Shown one piece after another: positions 47,786 to 57,933 of a DNA stretch of 64,000 bases; within the stretch, counting starts at the first letter, position 1; every line of letters starts with the position of its first letter. Made by a program: the position numbers and the translations under genes. The notes beneath the pieces are model-generated. The model was not told the origin of the DNA and did not search any database. It was given only the letters and a program-made list of their open reading frames with translations. The stretch lies in assembly GCA_041645355.1 (NCBI GenBank), contig JBAZQF010000006.1:80816-144815 (forward strand), written 5' to 3'. The stretch comes from Methanoregula sp. Its GTDB lineage: Archaea > Halobacteriota > Methanomicrobia > Methanomicrobiales > Methanospirillaceae.

Positions 47786-48283
47786 TCAGAAACTATAGGG
47801 AAGACGTTCGGTCTCGGGTTGTTCAAAGAGCGCGTTCCCATTCTCCTTATAGGATTTCATGATAATATGGGTGGCCGTTTCACGGATACGGTCCATGGGG
47901 GCCACGTGTTCGGAGACAAAACGCGAGACTTCCTGCATATTTTTACCGGTTACGATCAGCTGTAGATCATATGTCCCGGTGATCAGGCGCAGGGTCTTTA
48001 CCTGCCGGAACCGGGAGAGACGCTCGGCAATGCGATCATAGCCGAAATCCCGCTCCGGGCTGACCTTGAGTTCGATAATGGCAGAGACCTCCCCGTTGCC
48101 GGCCTTCTCCCAGTTTATTACGGTAGAATACCTCTTGATGACCTGGCCGGCTTCCAGTGCGTGCACCCGTGCCTCAACCTCGCCTGCCGCAAGATTGGTC
48201 ATGGTCGCAATTTCTTCTGCAGAGAGCCGGCTGTTCTCCTCAAGAATCCGGAGGAGTTCGAGATCTTTTTCATCCATCCTCAT
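47786..48283 (-). CDS. Lrp/AsnC family regulator
   Basis: N-terminal HTH plus RAM domain (TGTYDL). Confidence 0.9.
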   Translation of the reverse strand: MRMDEKDLELLRILEENSRLSAEEIATMTNLAAGEVEARVHALEAGQVIKRYSTVINWEKAGNGEVSAIIELKVSPERDFGYDRIAERLSRFRQVKTLRLITGTYDLQLIVTGKNMQEVSRFVSEHVAPMDRIRETATHIIMKSYKENGNALFEQPETERLPYSF

Positions 48284-48288
48284 TCACC

Positions 48289-49581
48289 TTATCTGAACCA
48301 GGTTTTCAACCACTTTGCTTCCATCTGGGACACGTCGAGATTCCTGAGTCCGTCCAGCCTCTGGTCCTTAAGCACAACTTCGCGGATCTTGGCCGTGTTG
48401 GAATCAAACCACATCTCTTTTGTCCTGCCATAACGCCCGCGGCTCACCACCCGGGTGTTGATAACCCCGAGCATGTTCAGCTCGGAGATCAGATCGGTTA
48501 TCCTCCGGTGGGTAAGCACATCAAGTTCGATGGTGGGGGCAATGTCCTGATATATGCGTGAGACTTCCCCGCTCGTAAAGATATTCTGTCCCAGCTGCTC
48601 AAGAATCAGCATCGAGAAGAGGATCAGTTTGCTCTGGGTGGGGAGCGTGGAGATACACTCTATCATGCTGTCGGTCTCGATCTTTGCCTGGGCGGATTTG
48701 ACATGCTCCTCGGTCACCCGGGTGGACTCGTCCCGATCGGCAAGTTCACCGGAGATACGGAAGAGATCAAGAGCGCGGCGGGCATCCCCGTGTTCCTGGG
48801 CAGCCAGGGCAGAACAGAGGGGAATGACCCCGTCTGCAACAGCGCCGGGCATGAATGCACCTTCCGCCCGCTGGGCGAGGATGTCCACGAGCTGGGGGGC
48901 ATTGTATGGCGGGAAAACAATCTCTTCTTCTGAGAGGGAGGAGAGAACCCTCGGGTCCAGGAAATCCTTGAAACTCAGGTCATTGGAGATCCCGATGATA
49001 CTCACTTTGGAGTTCTTCAGGTCGGAGTTGATCCGGGTCAGGTTATAGAGTGTGTCATCACCGCTCTTCTTGACAAGCTTGTCGATTTCATCAAGTACGA
49101 TAACAAGAACGCCCCCGCCGGCTTCAAGCTGGTTTTTCAGTTCGGCATACACCTGATCGGTAGGCCACCCGGTCATCGGGATATGGGTCCTTGCCTTGTC
49201 ACTTGAAATGTCGTCAACAACATCCAGGCATTTGGCAATTTGTGCGAGAACACGGTACTGAGTGTCAATGACTTCGCAGTTCAGATGGACAATCCGGCAC
49301 AGGGTTCCCATCTTGCTGCTTGCTTTTTCAAGCTCGGTGCCCACGTACCGGACGCATGCTGTCTTTCCCGTTCCGGTTTTACCGTAGATGAGAATATTAG
49401 AGGGAGTCTCATTACGGAGTGAGGGGGCCAGAATTGAAGCTACCTCATCAATCTGAGGTTTCCGATGGGGAAGGATCTGGGGGCGGTAAGAGTGCCGGAG
49501 CACCTCACGATCCTTGAAAATCCTGTTATTGCTCAGGTACTTTTTGAAAAGTCCTGTTGATGCATCTTCTGGTTCGGGCAT
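48289..49581 (-). CDS. cdc6: Orc1/Cdc6 replication initiator
   Basis: GKTGTGKT, VLDEID, GDARRALDL and SRGRYGRT. Confidence 0.96.
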   Translation of the reverse strand: MPEPEDASTGLFKKYLSNNRIFKDREVLRHSYRPQILPHRKPQIDEVASILAPSLRNETPSNILIYGKTGTGKTACVRYVGTELEKASSKMGTLCRIVHLNCEVIDTQYRVLAQIAKCLDVVDDISSDKARTHIPMTGWPTDQVYAELKNQLEAGGGVLVIVLDEIDKLVKKSGDDTLYNLTRINSDLKNSKVSIIGISNDLSFKDFLDPRVLSSLSEEEIVFPPYNAPQLVDILAQRAEGAFMPGAVADGVIPLCSALAAQEHGDARRALDLFRISGELADRDESTRVTEEHVKSAQAKIETDSMIECISTLPTQSKLILFSMLILEQLGQNIFTSGEVSRIYQDIAPTIELDVLTHRRITDLISELNMLGVINTRVVSRGRYGRTKEMWFDSNTAKIREVVLKDQRLDGLRNLDVSQMEAKWLKTWFR

Positions 49582-49639
49582 GATCACACTATGGAGCTGA
49601 GCATTGGCAGCATGAGGCAAAAAAACGATCGGTTTCCCC

Positions 49640-50100
49640 GGGTTATAAACCCCTTTGCTTCCAGTGGAATATCTGTGATTATCAATCTAAATTCAAAATA
49701 AGTCGCAAATTACAGAAATTAATTTTTCGTTCATTATGCATTTATCCAACAAACTGAATTGGTTAAATAAATCCTGCTGCCAGGGTTCCTGAACAATACT
49801 CGATTGGAAAACTACTTATCTCTATGGGGGACACCCCTTTATTTCGTGTGGAAATGTTCCAAAAAACTGACTGATGTCATAATAAATTAAAACAAAAAAA
49901 ACAGATCATGTAATATTACAATTTAATAGTATATATAGTATTTTAAAAATTATTTCTAATTTTTAAACGTTATTTTGCTTTTTATTACATTATTAAGACT
50001 GGTAAAGAAAAAAAATCAGATAGTTCCATAAGAAACAAAGGGGTCGGACACTAAAAATTTAATATTGCTGCAAAATGACAGGACTCACATAACACCCTTA
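49640..50100. other. Putative chromosomal replication origin (oriC)
   Basis: ORB boxes with G-string at 49649-49670 (-), 49833-49854 (-) and 50023-50044 (+, GTTCCATAAGAAACAAAGGGGT) flanking a very AT-rich stretch, directly upstream of cdc6. Confidence 0.88.
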
Positions 50101-50171
50101 AACAATTCCAATCTAGATTTTCAGTACAATTTGGGAATTCTCTTAATGAATAAAGAAAGATCTCTGTTATC

Positions 50172-50660
50172 ATGCATTCCAATCATGTCCGGCCTTTCCC
50201 GGTTTCAGCAGCGGTAATCACAGTCTCAACAACCCGGTTGCCCGAGAACGATACCAGCGGTGCAACAATAACCAAGCTCCTCAAAGAGCAGGATATACCT
50301 GTCACCTATTATGTGATAGTCCCTGACCGCGTAGATGCTATCCGGGACGCTCTCTTTGTCGCTCTCAAGAATTCGAACTGCATCATCTTTAACGGTGGCA
50401 CCGGTCTTACCTTTGATGACTGCACGATCGAGGCCATCTCCCCGCTTCTTGAGAAAAGGATGGATGGATTCGGGGAGCTGTTCCGGATGAAGAGCCTGGA
50501 TCAGATCGGAACTTCCTCCATGTTATCCCGGGCAATTGCGGGAATTATCGGAGGAAAAGCAGTCTTCTGCATTCCAGGATCAACTCCTGCTGTAACTCTG
50601 GCAACCACAGAACTGATCCTGCCGGAGATCCTGCATATTCTCAGTCATGCCAACCGATAA
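50172..50660 (+). CDS. moaB: Molybdenum cofactor biosynthesis protein MoaB/Mog
   Basis: ITVS, DTSG, GGTG..D.T.EA, GFGELFR, LSRA and PGS. Confidence 0.9.
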   Translation: MHSNHVRPFPVSAAVITVSTTRLPENDTSGATITKLLKEQDIPVTYYVIVPDRVDAIRDALFVALKNSNCIIFNGGTGLTFDDCTIEAISPLLEKRMDGFGELFRMKSLDQIGTSSMLSRAIAGIIGGKAVFCIPGSTPAVTLATTELILPEILHILSHANR

Positions 50661-50943
50661 CAGACCACCCGGCACCCGTTCAGAATTATCCGGACCCCCC
50701 GCCATTTTTCAGGCTGACAAATCCTGCAAACCGCCCGCACAAAAGCATTGAGATTTTTCCTATCAACCGCGGAATGGTGTTTATTTAAAGAAAATCATGG
50801 TTATCAATCCCTCAAAAAAGCTATTTCTGGTCACGATTCCGGGCAAACCCCGAAAAGGGGCACGGGATCTGTTTCCGGGGACGTACCGTGTGACCATCCA
50901 ATCCCGGATAGCAGCGTTGCCTTTTTTTAAAAAATTCGATGGT

Positions 50944-51468
50944 TTACCGCAGAGCATCCAGCAGGGCGACCCGTTCCAGGACAAGATCCACAATCCGGGT
51001 CTCATTCTCCTGTGTCTTTAATTCCCCGGGAGTGATTCCGAACAGATCCATCAGGCGCTTCTGCCGTTCAGGATCAATTATGTTCCAGGAACTACCTGAG
51101 ACAAACTGCATAACCGGCTCAAGCGCAGAAAAAACGGCATTCCCGACATCCGGGTAACAACAGACCCAGAGCTGGTTTTCTCCCTCGTGAATGCCAAATG
51201 ATGTGCCGATATTGCACTGCCGGGATCCAGCTGCATAGAGAAGTGCCTCCATTTCCAGGGTATTGGAGATCGCATTTCCCTCACAAAATGACCGTACGGC
51301 ATGATCTATTGCAGCCCGGACGTGGGCTTTGCCTGCAACCATGTCTGCATTGAAACAGATGATACAGGTGTTGTTTGCTGCCGCGATGTTTTTGAGATCT
51401 TTGAGGAAAGCAGCGCGATCGTGAATCATGCATACTGCCGCCCGGATATCTCCAATACCCATGTCCAT
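50944..51468 (-). CDS. cgi121: KEOPS complex subunit Cgi121
   Basis: MEALLYAAGSRQC and LVLERVALL. Confidence 0.88.
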   Translation of the reverse strand: MDMGIGDIRAAVCMIHDRAAFLKDLKNIAAANNTCIICFNADMVAGKAHVRAAIDHAVRSFCEGNAISNTLEMEALLYAAGSRQCNIGTSFGIHEGENQLWVCCYPDVGNAVFSALEPVMQFVSGSSWNIIDPERQKRLMDLFGITPGELKTQENETRIVDLVLERVALLDALR

Positions 51469-51472
51469 ACAT

Positions 51473-53632
51473 TCACCTGAATTGTGAGAAGGTTGACTGC
51501 CCCGCCATATTATCCTGACTGGAGGCAGCCGGAGTTCCCTTAGTATTCTGCAGTTGGAAAAAGATCTGTTCGGCAATGCCGCGCCCGAGAATCTTTGTTA
51601 TAGTCTCAATACCGGCGGCCCTGACGGCATCGGGAGAAGTGATGGAGTTGTTGAAGAGCCGTCGGGCACGGACCCTGCCTATCCCCCGCAGTTTCACGAG
51701 CGGGAGCAGCTCGCGCCGGATGCCATGTTTCATGCATATCTCAAATTCCCGGATCGGGGAATGGAATTCAGGCACAAACATCCTGGAGAGCTCGGCGCTG
51801 GCATGGAGCAGCCAGTTCACGCTCTCCACCATCCCGTAGATATCCCCGGGCCCGACCGAATACCGCTCGCAGATCTTGGCATCAGTGAGTTCATCTGTCC
51901 AATCCGAAAGAAGCATGGCAGTCTTGAGAGCACGGTAATATCCTTCAACCTCTTCCTCATCAGATGGATACGGCGACCAGAGTTCGGTTTCATGGGCCTC
52001 GATCATCCGGTCGATGGCCGGCTTATCGGAATTGCGCGCATAGAGCCGGGGCATGTCAGGTGTACTGCAGATTGTCTGGAGGAGGCCGAGATCGGTATAC
52101 TCTTTCTGCATCCTCAGCGCGGAAACGATTGCGGCAGCACTCCGGGGATCGATATAGAGCCTTGAAACAAGAGCTCCGAACTCTGTTGATCCCAGGTGTT
52201 CGCCGATCTCCAGCACCATCTCAGCCTCTATAAGAAACCTCAGGGCCGCATCAACCGCCCGTTGCATCAACCGTCCCTGCTTATGCTCGTGGGCATAGAA
52301 GCTTCTGCTCATGAAGGCTGCAAGCTCGCTACGGGTACCGGCAAACCCGGAGGCGATGATGGAGAGTACGTGGGTGTAGAGCGCGGCAGGTTCTGCAATC
52401 TTTGAATGAACTTCCTCTGCCGGGGCTTCAATGTAACATTCGAAGAGCTCTTCGACCTGCCGGTCATCTTTGGCTATGAGAACGGCCTCGCCGTACGGGT
52501 CGAGCCGTGGCCGGCCGGCACGTCCCGCCATCTGGTGGTACTCGCTCACCGGTATTGGCTGCATTCCCTCTCCTGCCGAAAAACGGAGATAATCGCGGAT
52601 GATCACCCGGCGTGCCGGGAGGTTCAGGCCGGCTGCAAGGGTCGGGGTCGAGGAGATGCACTTGATGTATCCTTTCCGGAATCCTTCCTCAACCACTCCC
52701 CGTTCAGCCCGGCTCAACCCGGCATGGTGGAACGCAGCACCCTGCCCCACACAAAGGGCAAGGGTTTTGGCCATCTCGGTTTCTGCACCCCCAGTTATTT
52801 TTTCCGCATATGATTTGAGTTCGGGCACCTCGCTTTTAATGGCACCCGCCGCCCGTTTTGCGAATGCTTCGGCATTCCTCCGGGAGGAGACAAAGACCAG
52901 GCACTGACCGCCTTCGGCGATGGTGTCAAGGCAGAGGTTGATATCATCGTAGTTTTTCGATACTTCCTTGATTCGCCGATCTCCCTCGCGAAAGTGAATA
53001 CGATCGTTACAGAAAACACCCTGCCGGAGATCGACCGGCCTCCATGTGCTGGTGACGAGATCCGCATCAAGCCAGCCGGCCAGTGTTTTCGGATTGCCAA
53101 TCGTTGCCGAAAGACCGATAATCTGCATGCCGGGATTGCGGTAGCGCATCTTCGCTATGACCATCTCCACGGTCGGACCACGATTTTCAGAATCAATAAG
53201 ATGGACTTCGTCAACAACCAGAAGAGTGATATCCTGAATCCATCCGGCATTGTTTCGGAGGAGAGAATCGACTTTCTCGCTCGTGGCAACGATGATGTCG
53301 TTCTTCCCGAGCAGGTCGTCACGGCGGTCAAAATCCCCGGTCGAGATGCCGACCCGGACCCCCTTATTGGTGAACTCGTCGAATTTCTCGCTTGCGAGTG
53401 CCTTGAGGGGAACGATGTAAAGGCACCTTCCTCTCTGTGCGATGTGGGTATGCATCGCCATTTCAGCGATAAGGGTCTTTCCGCTTGCTGTAGGAATTGC
53501 AACGAGCAGATTCTTTCCATCCAGCATTCCTCTGTCAATGCACTCTGCCTGCGGTGGGTAGAGCTCGTTAATTCCACCGGATATATATTTGTCTTTTAAA
53601 TATGCAGGAATGGGGATTTTTTGAATCTCCAT
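51473..53632 (-). CDS. hel308: Hel308/Ski2-like DNA helicase
   Basis: [32 protein letters not shown] and GIGRVRAR. Confidence 0.95.
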   Translation of the reverse strand: MEIQKIPIPAYLKDKYISGGINELYPPQAECIDRGMLDGKNLLVAIPTASGKTLIAEMAMHTHIAQRGRCLYIVPLKALASEKFDEFTNKGVRVGISTGDFDRRDDLLGKNDIIVATSEKVDSLLRNNAGWIQDITLLVVDEVHLIDSENRGPTVEMVIAKMRYRNPGMQIIGLSATIGNPKTLAGWLDADLVTSTWRPVDLRQGVFCNDRIHFREGDRRIKEVSKNYDDINLCLDTIAEGGQCLVFVSSRRNAEAFAKRAAGAIKSEVPELKSYAEKITGGAETEMAKTLALCVGQGAAFHHAGLSRAERGVVEEGFRKGYIKCISSTPTLAAGLNLPARRVIIRDYLRFSAGEGMQPIPVSEYHQMAGRAGRPRLDPYGEAVLIAKDDRQVEELFECYIEAPAEEVHSKIAEPAALYTHVLSIIASGFAGTRSELAAFMSRSFYAHEHKQGRLMQRAVDAALRFLIEAEMVLEIGEHLGSTEFGALVSRLYIDPRSAAAIVSALRMQKEYTDLGLLQTICSTPDMPRLYARNSDKPAIDRMIEAHETELWSPYPSDEEEVEGYYRALKTAMLLSDWTDELTDAKICERYSVGPGDIYGMVESVNWLLHASAELSRMFVPEFHSPIREFEICMKHGIRRELLPLVKLRGIGRVRARRLFNNSITSPDAVRAAGIETITKILGRGIAEQIFFQLQNTKGTPAASSQDNMAGQSTFSQFR

Positions 53633-53649
53633 CTCACACCCCAAAAAAA

Positions 53650-53741
53650 ACCCCTTTGATTCCACTGAAAAACCGCATGAATCTGGTCGGTTTAGCGAAA
53701 TCTATCATATATAACGACATATTCTCCACTGGAAACAGAGC
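53650..53741. promoter_or_regulatory. Two ORB-like boxes upstream of hel308
   Basis: ACCCCTTTGATTCCACTGAAA (53650-53670) and CTCCACTGGAAACAGAGC (53724-53741). Confidence 0.6.
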
Positions 53742-53782
53742 AAAATATATTTATATTGGTGCGGAGATTTATGCAACCCGCC

Positions 53783-54328
53783 TCAGTAATAATAACTGAT
53801 CATATCCTGCTTGGACTCTTTCTTCTTCCGGTCAAGGAAGGCAAAAACATTCTCGTGGGGGACACCCTCGATGAGCATGTCAACGGCTGCCCGGGCAGTC
53901 TTGAGCTGCTCCGGGTACCCGATCAGGGCCACGGTCTTGCCAAAGACGGAGATCTCCACGTCCGTCATATCCTCGATTTGCTCCCTGGCGCGCCCGTCTT
54001 TCCCGATGATCCTTCCCCGGAGTCTGTCGAGCTGGCGGGGGCTGTCTGCCATGCCGGCGAGATCGATAACTTCAAGGAGCAGGTCTTCATCCTCGATCAT
54101 CTCGAATGCACGTTCCGGTGAGAATCCCCGGTTGATAGCATTGATGATCTCGACAGCCCTGAGAAGGGGAATGGTGTTCTCATCAGTTCCCTCCACTTTT
54201 ACCATACCCTCCTTGCTGTCGATGGTGATGGTTGTGTGGGTTTTTGTTTCCAGTTCTTTTTTGGTAGCGCCGCTCTTACCGATCAGGACGCCAATCCTGC
54301 TGCCGGCAATTTTTACTTCCTGCATCAT
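53783..54328 (-). CDS. KH-domain ribosome biogenesis protein (Dim2/Pno1-like)
   Basis: IGVLIGKSG, RGFSPE and GRIIGKDG. Confidence 0.9.
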   Translation of the reverse strand: MMQEVKIAGSRIGVLIGKSGATKKELETKTHTTITIDSKEGMVKVEGTDENTIPLLRAVEIINAINRGFSPERAFEMIEDEDLLLEVIDLAGMADSPRQLDRLRGRIIGKDGRAREQIEDMTDVEISVFGKTVALIGYPEQLKTARAAVDMLIEGVPHENVFAFLDRKKKESKQDMISYYY

Positions 54329-54416
54329 TTTAACTTTCACCTCGTATTGGGGAGTATCCGTCTGCTGGTCATCAGCTTCTGTTGCGGCATGATTCCGGGT
54401 TCCGGTACAATCGGAC

Positions 54417-55205
54417 TCATGGTTCTGCAACATTCAGTCCGGTGACGGCATGGAAAATTTCTGTATCTTTCTTTACTTCGCACCGGTTTTTAAAGAACCG
54501 GTTGATGTTTTTAATGTCCCTCATCAGGAACGGAAGGGCACGGGGGTGATCGCGGGTTACGGACTGGCCCATGTCAATGAGATATGGTTGGTCGCCGTAC
54601 AATATATTGAACTCGCTCAAATCGGCATGCACCAGCTCGGCCTTATTGTAGAGGATGCCGATCGTTTTGATAATCCGGGAATAGATGTCCTGCGGGTCCT
54701 CCAGTTCAGCGTTGCGCAGCTGGGGATACGGGATCTCCCCCTCTCCGATAAATGACATAATCAGGATATTCCTGTCCCAGACCAGGGGTTCGGGAACGGC
54801 AATTCCTGCATCCCGCGCCCGGACCAGGTTCGAGAATTCTTTCCTGGTCCAGGCAAAGATGAGCTCCTTTTTGGCTTTTTTCACGTGCGAGAACCTGCGG
54901 TCACCCGTGATATACGAGCTCATAGTGGTGAAATTTGCCGTCCGGATCCGGTAGATCTTGATGGCGATACCCGCACCGTCCCGCTCGCCATAGAATACAT
55001 TGGCCTCCTTGCCGGTACTGATGGAACCCCCGATGGCAGAGAGCCATTTCTTGTGGACCAGCTTGTAGAGCGCAAGGAGGGTGACTTCGTCAAATACATC
55101 TTCGCGGACCTTGAGCTGGTCGGCATCCTTGATACGGATGCCCATCTCCTCCAGTTTCTGGTCGAACTGGTCCAGTTGTTTATCGATTGCGCTCTCTTTA
55201 CTCAC
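54417..55205 (-). CDS. rio1: RIO1 serine/threonine kinase
   Basis: STGKEANVF, LVHADLSEFN and IDMGQ; probable GTG start. Confidence 0.93.
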   Translation of the reverse strand: MSKESAIDKQLDQFDQKLEEMGIRIKDADQLKVREDVFDEVTLLALYKLVHKKWLSAIGGSISTGKEANVFYGERDGAGIAIKIYRIRTANFTTMSSYITGDRRFSHVKKAKKELIFAWTRKEFSNLVRARDAGIAVPEPLVWDRNILIMSFIGEGEIPYPQLRNAELEDPQDIYSRIIKTIGILYNKAELVHADLSEFNILYGDQPYLIDMGQSVTRDHPRALPFLMRDIKNINRFFKNRCEVKKDTEIFHAVTGLNVAEP

Positions 55206-55241
55206 GAAGTGCCACCAATCATCCAAGAGTATTGGACACGC

Positions 55242-56183
55242 TCATTGTATATAATCCCGCACAGGGGCAAGGATCTCTGCAAGCGACTGCCCGCAAGTCT
55301 TCTTGAGATCGAGCGGGTGGATCTCGCCTTTGCCATAGGCAGCTTCGAGGTCAGCGTACCCGGTAAATACCCTGTCACCACCGAACTTCTCGGGTCTTTT
55401 GATCGTGATCTCAGGAAGGCGGGGAAAGACATGGTACTGGAAGATCTGGAGTATCGGGTTCTCGGGAATTTCCGGCGGGCAGAACGCTTTCTGGCACTTC
55501 TTTAGGATCTCTTCCTCGCTGTCGGCAACGGAAATATAGTTGCCCTGCGATGAGGACATCTTCTTGCCGTCAAGACCGTTCAGGATGGGGGTATGAATAC
55601 AGACCGGGGCTTTGTACCCGAAGTTGATGAGGTGCTCCCGGGCAAGCATATGGATTTTACGCTGATCGATACCGCCGACTGCGGCATCGGCCTTGAGAAG
55701 GGCGATATCTGCCATCTGCATGATCGGGTAGATCATCTGGGAAACGGTCGGGTGGTCCATCTGCCGGCCAACCTCGTCCATGCTCCGGGTTGCCCGGTTT
55801 AACGTAATCTGCTGGGAGAGTTCCAGCACGAGCAGCTCATATTCCGGGTTGAGCTGGAGATCGGAACCCAGGACATAGGTCACGTTCTTCAGCCCGAGTC
55901 CCTCGAAGCAGCGCTTGTTGTACTCTGCGAGCTCCTTTACCTTCTCCATGGTCCCTTTGCGGTTCAGGAAAGCATGGAGATCGGCAAGAAGCACGGTGAC
56001 TTCAAAACCGGCAGCCTGGAGATCCACCAGTTTGTTGATCGTGACCAGGTGCCCGAGATGGATCTCTCCACTGGGTTCATAACCGGCATATACCCGCTTT
56101 GTAGGCCGGGCCAGGAGGGCCCGGAGATCATCGTCCGTAACAACCTCTACGGTATTCCGGGTAACGCGCTCGTATGCGTCCAT
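55242..56183 (-). CDS. tyrS: Tyrosine--tRNA ligase
   Basis: YAGYEPSG.IHLGH, YPIMQ, GGIDQ and KMSSS. Confidence 0.96.
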   Translation of the reverse strand: MDAYERVTRNTVEVVTDDDLRALLARPTKRVYAGYEPSGEIHLGHLVTINKLVDLQAAGFEVTVLLADLHAFLNRKGTMEKVKELAEYNKRCFEGLGLKNVTYVLGSDLQLNPEYELLVLELSQQITLNRATRSMDEVGRQMDHPTVSQMIYPIMQMADIALLKADAAVGGIDQRKIHMLAREHLINFGYKAPVCIHTPILNGLDGKKMSSSQGNYISVADSEEEILKKCQKAFCPPEIPENPILQIFQYHVFPRLPEITIKRPEKFGGDRVFTGYADLEAAYGKGEIHPLDLKKTCGQSLAEILAPVRDYIQ

Positions 56184-56208
56184 TCAAAGAAATGGGTTAT
56201 AATGGGAG

Positions 56209-57240
56209 TTAATGGTTATTCTGGATGGTCACAAATCCGAGAGCTGCATTGGTCGCGGCAATGGATTTTGCCGCATCCTTCTCACCGCCCATCATGGCCC
56301 GGATTGCATCAACGTTCTCAACAACCACATCGGCTTCCTGGTGGATGGCCTGGAAGAAGCAGAGCTCGTTCTTGTTTGCATAAATCGAGTCCTCGAATAT
56401 ACAGTTCTCCCAGAGATCGGAGCGCTGCCGGCCAAGATCCATGGCGAACTCTTTGAGCTCGGCAGTGCTCCTGAGCCCTGCGGTTTTCTTGATAAGGCCG
56501 AGCCGGGGATGGGAGTTGATGAGCTCGATCACACGCTCTTTGCTGACCGGTTTTTTCGTGGTCATCTGGATTGCGTGCATATGCATCATCGTGGTCGGAA
56601 CTATCATGGCCATCGTTGTGATCGATATGTGGGGGAGCACCGAGAGGACATCCGGTCCATGGTGGCTCGGCACGCTGACCGGATCAAGAACAATAGCATC
56701 GATAGGTCCTTTCTTGATCTCGCCAGGATCGGAGCCCCGGCGGACCATGATGGCATGGACATGGGTTACCCCGTATTCCTTGTCGATCTCGTGGATGATC
56801 CGGCAGAGGCCGGTGGTGTTACAGGAAACAACCCGGACAAACTGCCTGCCGACGGCGTCCTTGTAGTTGCACGCGGAGTTAAAGGAGAAGCCGGCAACTT
56901 CATGGTCCTCTCCCCCCTGCCAGAGTGCTTTCTTGCCCAGTTTCTCGTAGAGCGGCTTGTTGGTGGCCCCGACATCGCCCGGTGTGGCATCGACAATGAT
57001 GTCAGCAGCCTTGCACATGTCTTCGACCGAGCCTGCGACTTTCAGCCCTGCCTTCTCGAATGCGGCTTTCTTCGAGAGATCTGCAATATAGAGCGGGTAG
57101 CCCCGCTGTTTTGCAACAAATGCCTCAGCGTTCGGGCGAGTCTTGGACACGCCTACCACCTTCATGTCTTTCTGAGCGGCGACCGCATCGGCAACGCGTT
57201 TGCCGATAGTACCATACCCGTTGATGGCAACCTTGATCAT
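56209..57240 (-). CDS. gap: Type II (archaeal) glyceraldehyde-3-phosphate dehydrogenase
   Basis: NGYGTIGKRVA, VVSCNTTGL and PSHHGPD. Confidence 0.96.
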   Translation of the reverse strand: MIKVAINGYGTIGKRVADAVAAQKDMKVVGVSKTRPNAEAFVAKQRGYPLYIADLSKKAAFEKAGLKVAGSVEDMCKAADIIVDATPGDVGATNKPLYEKLGKKALWQGGEDHEVAGFSFNSACNYKDAVGRQFVRVVSCNTTGLCRIIHEIDKEYGVTHVHAIMVRRGSDPGEIKKGPIDAIVLDPVSVPSHHGPDVLSVLPHISITTMAMIVPTTMMHMHAIQMTTKKPVSKERVIELINSHPRLGLIKKTAGLRSTAELKEFAMDLGRQRSDLWENCIFEDSIYANKNELCFFQAIHQEADVVVENVDAIRAMMGGEKDAAKSIAATNAALGFVTIQNNH

Positions 57241-57432
57241 ACTCGTACATTGCGTTTGAACTCAAAAAGCTATGCGGAAAATACATGGTGAAGAATCAGA
57301 AAAAAAGCCCGGCTATTGACTCCAGAATATGATCCGGCCCAGTTATAAGATGATTATTCGTTTCCCCCATCAGTGACCGGCCAATTCACCTTCGATTAGG
57401 GGATTGCATGTTCCCTTGAGAGCAAAAAACCG

Positions 57433-57924
57433 TTACAGGTACGTTGCCTGGATTTCGACAACCTCGGTGCTGTCTTTTGCCTTCGAGTACAGATCAAGCG
57501 GCTCTTCATTCACTTCCAGGAACCGGATCCCCCAGTTCACTTTCGAGAGGATGGATTTTGCCTGCTCTTTCTCGCCAACGATAAAGAGGGCCGCTGCAAG
57601 CGCCTCCACGGAAGACAGTGTGCATGGCTTTCCGAAATTCACCGGGTTTGCCGCAACAAGAAACGGGAGCGCCCGCCGGGTCCTCCAGGATGATACCGCT
57701 CCGGTATCCAGCACTACCCAGGAGCAGTCCAGGACCGTTATGGACCGGACGAACCGGTCGGCGGGAGAGAGGGCCTGCTCAGCGGTTGGATCAAGGAGCA
57801 GGGAATTCCTTGGGATCTGGGGGATCCTGGAAAAAATTTTGATCATCCCGGCCTTTTCGAGTTTCTTGACCGTGCACTTCCGGGGATCGCAGCTGTTGTC
57901 CCGGAAGGCATACAGGGGTATCAT
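57433..57924 (-). CDS. tsr3: rRNA aminocarboxypropyltransferase Tsr3 (DUF367)
   Basis: CDPRKCT, DCSW and LPFLVAANPVNFG. Confidence 0.92.
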   Translation of the reverse strand: MIPLYAFRDNSCDPRKCTVKKLEKAGMIKIFSRIPQIPRNSLLLDPTAEQALSPADRFVRSITVLDCSWVVLDTGAVSSWRTRRALPFLVAANPVNFGKPCTLSSVEALAAALFIVGEKEQAKSILSKVNWGIRFLEVNEEPLDLYSKAKDSTEVVEIQATYL

Positions 57925-57933
57925 TGATCATCA

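Noticed and set aside
50828-50928. c-di-GMP-I riboswitch as a cis-regulator
   Set aside because: The key junction does not match and there is no downstream gene on that strand; kept only as an sRNA candidate.
56212-57291. 359-aa plus-strand ORF
   Set aside because: Antisense mirror of gap with no recognisable motifs.
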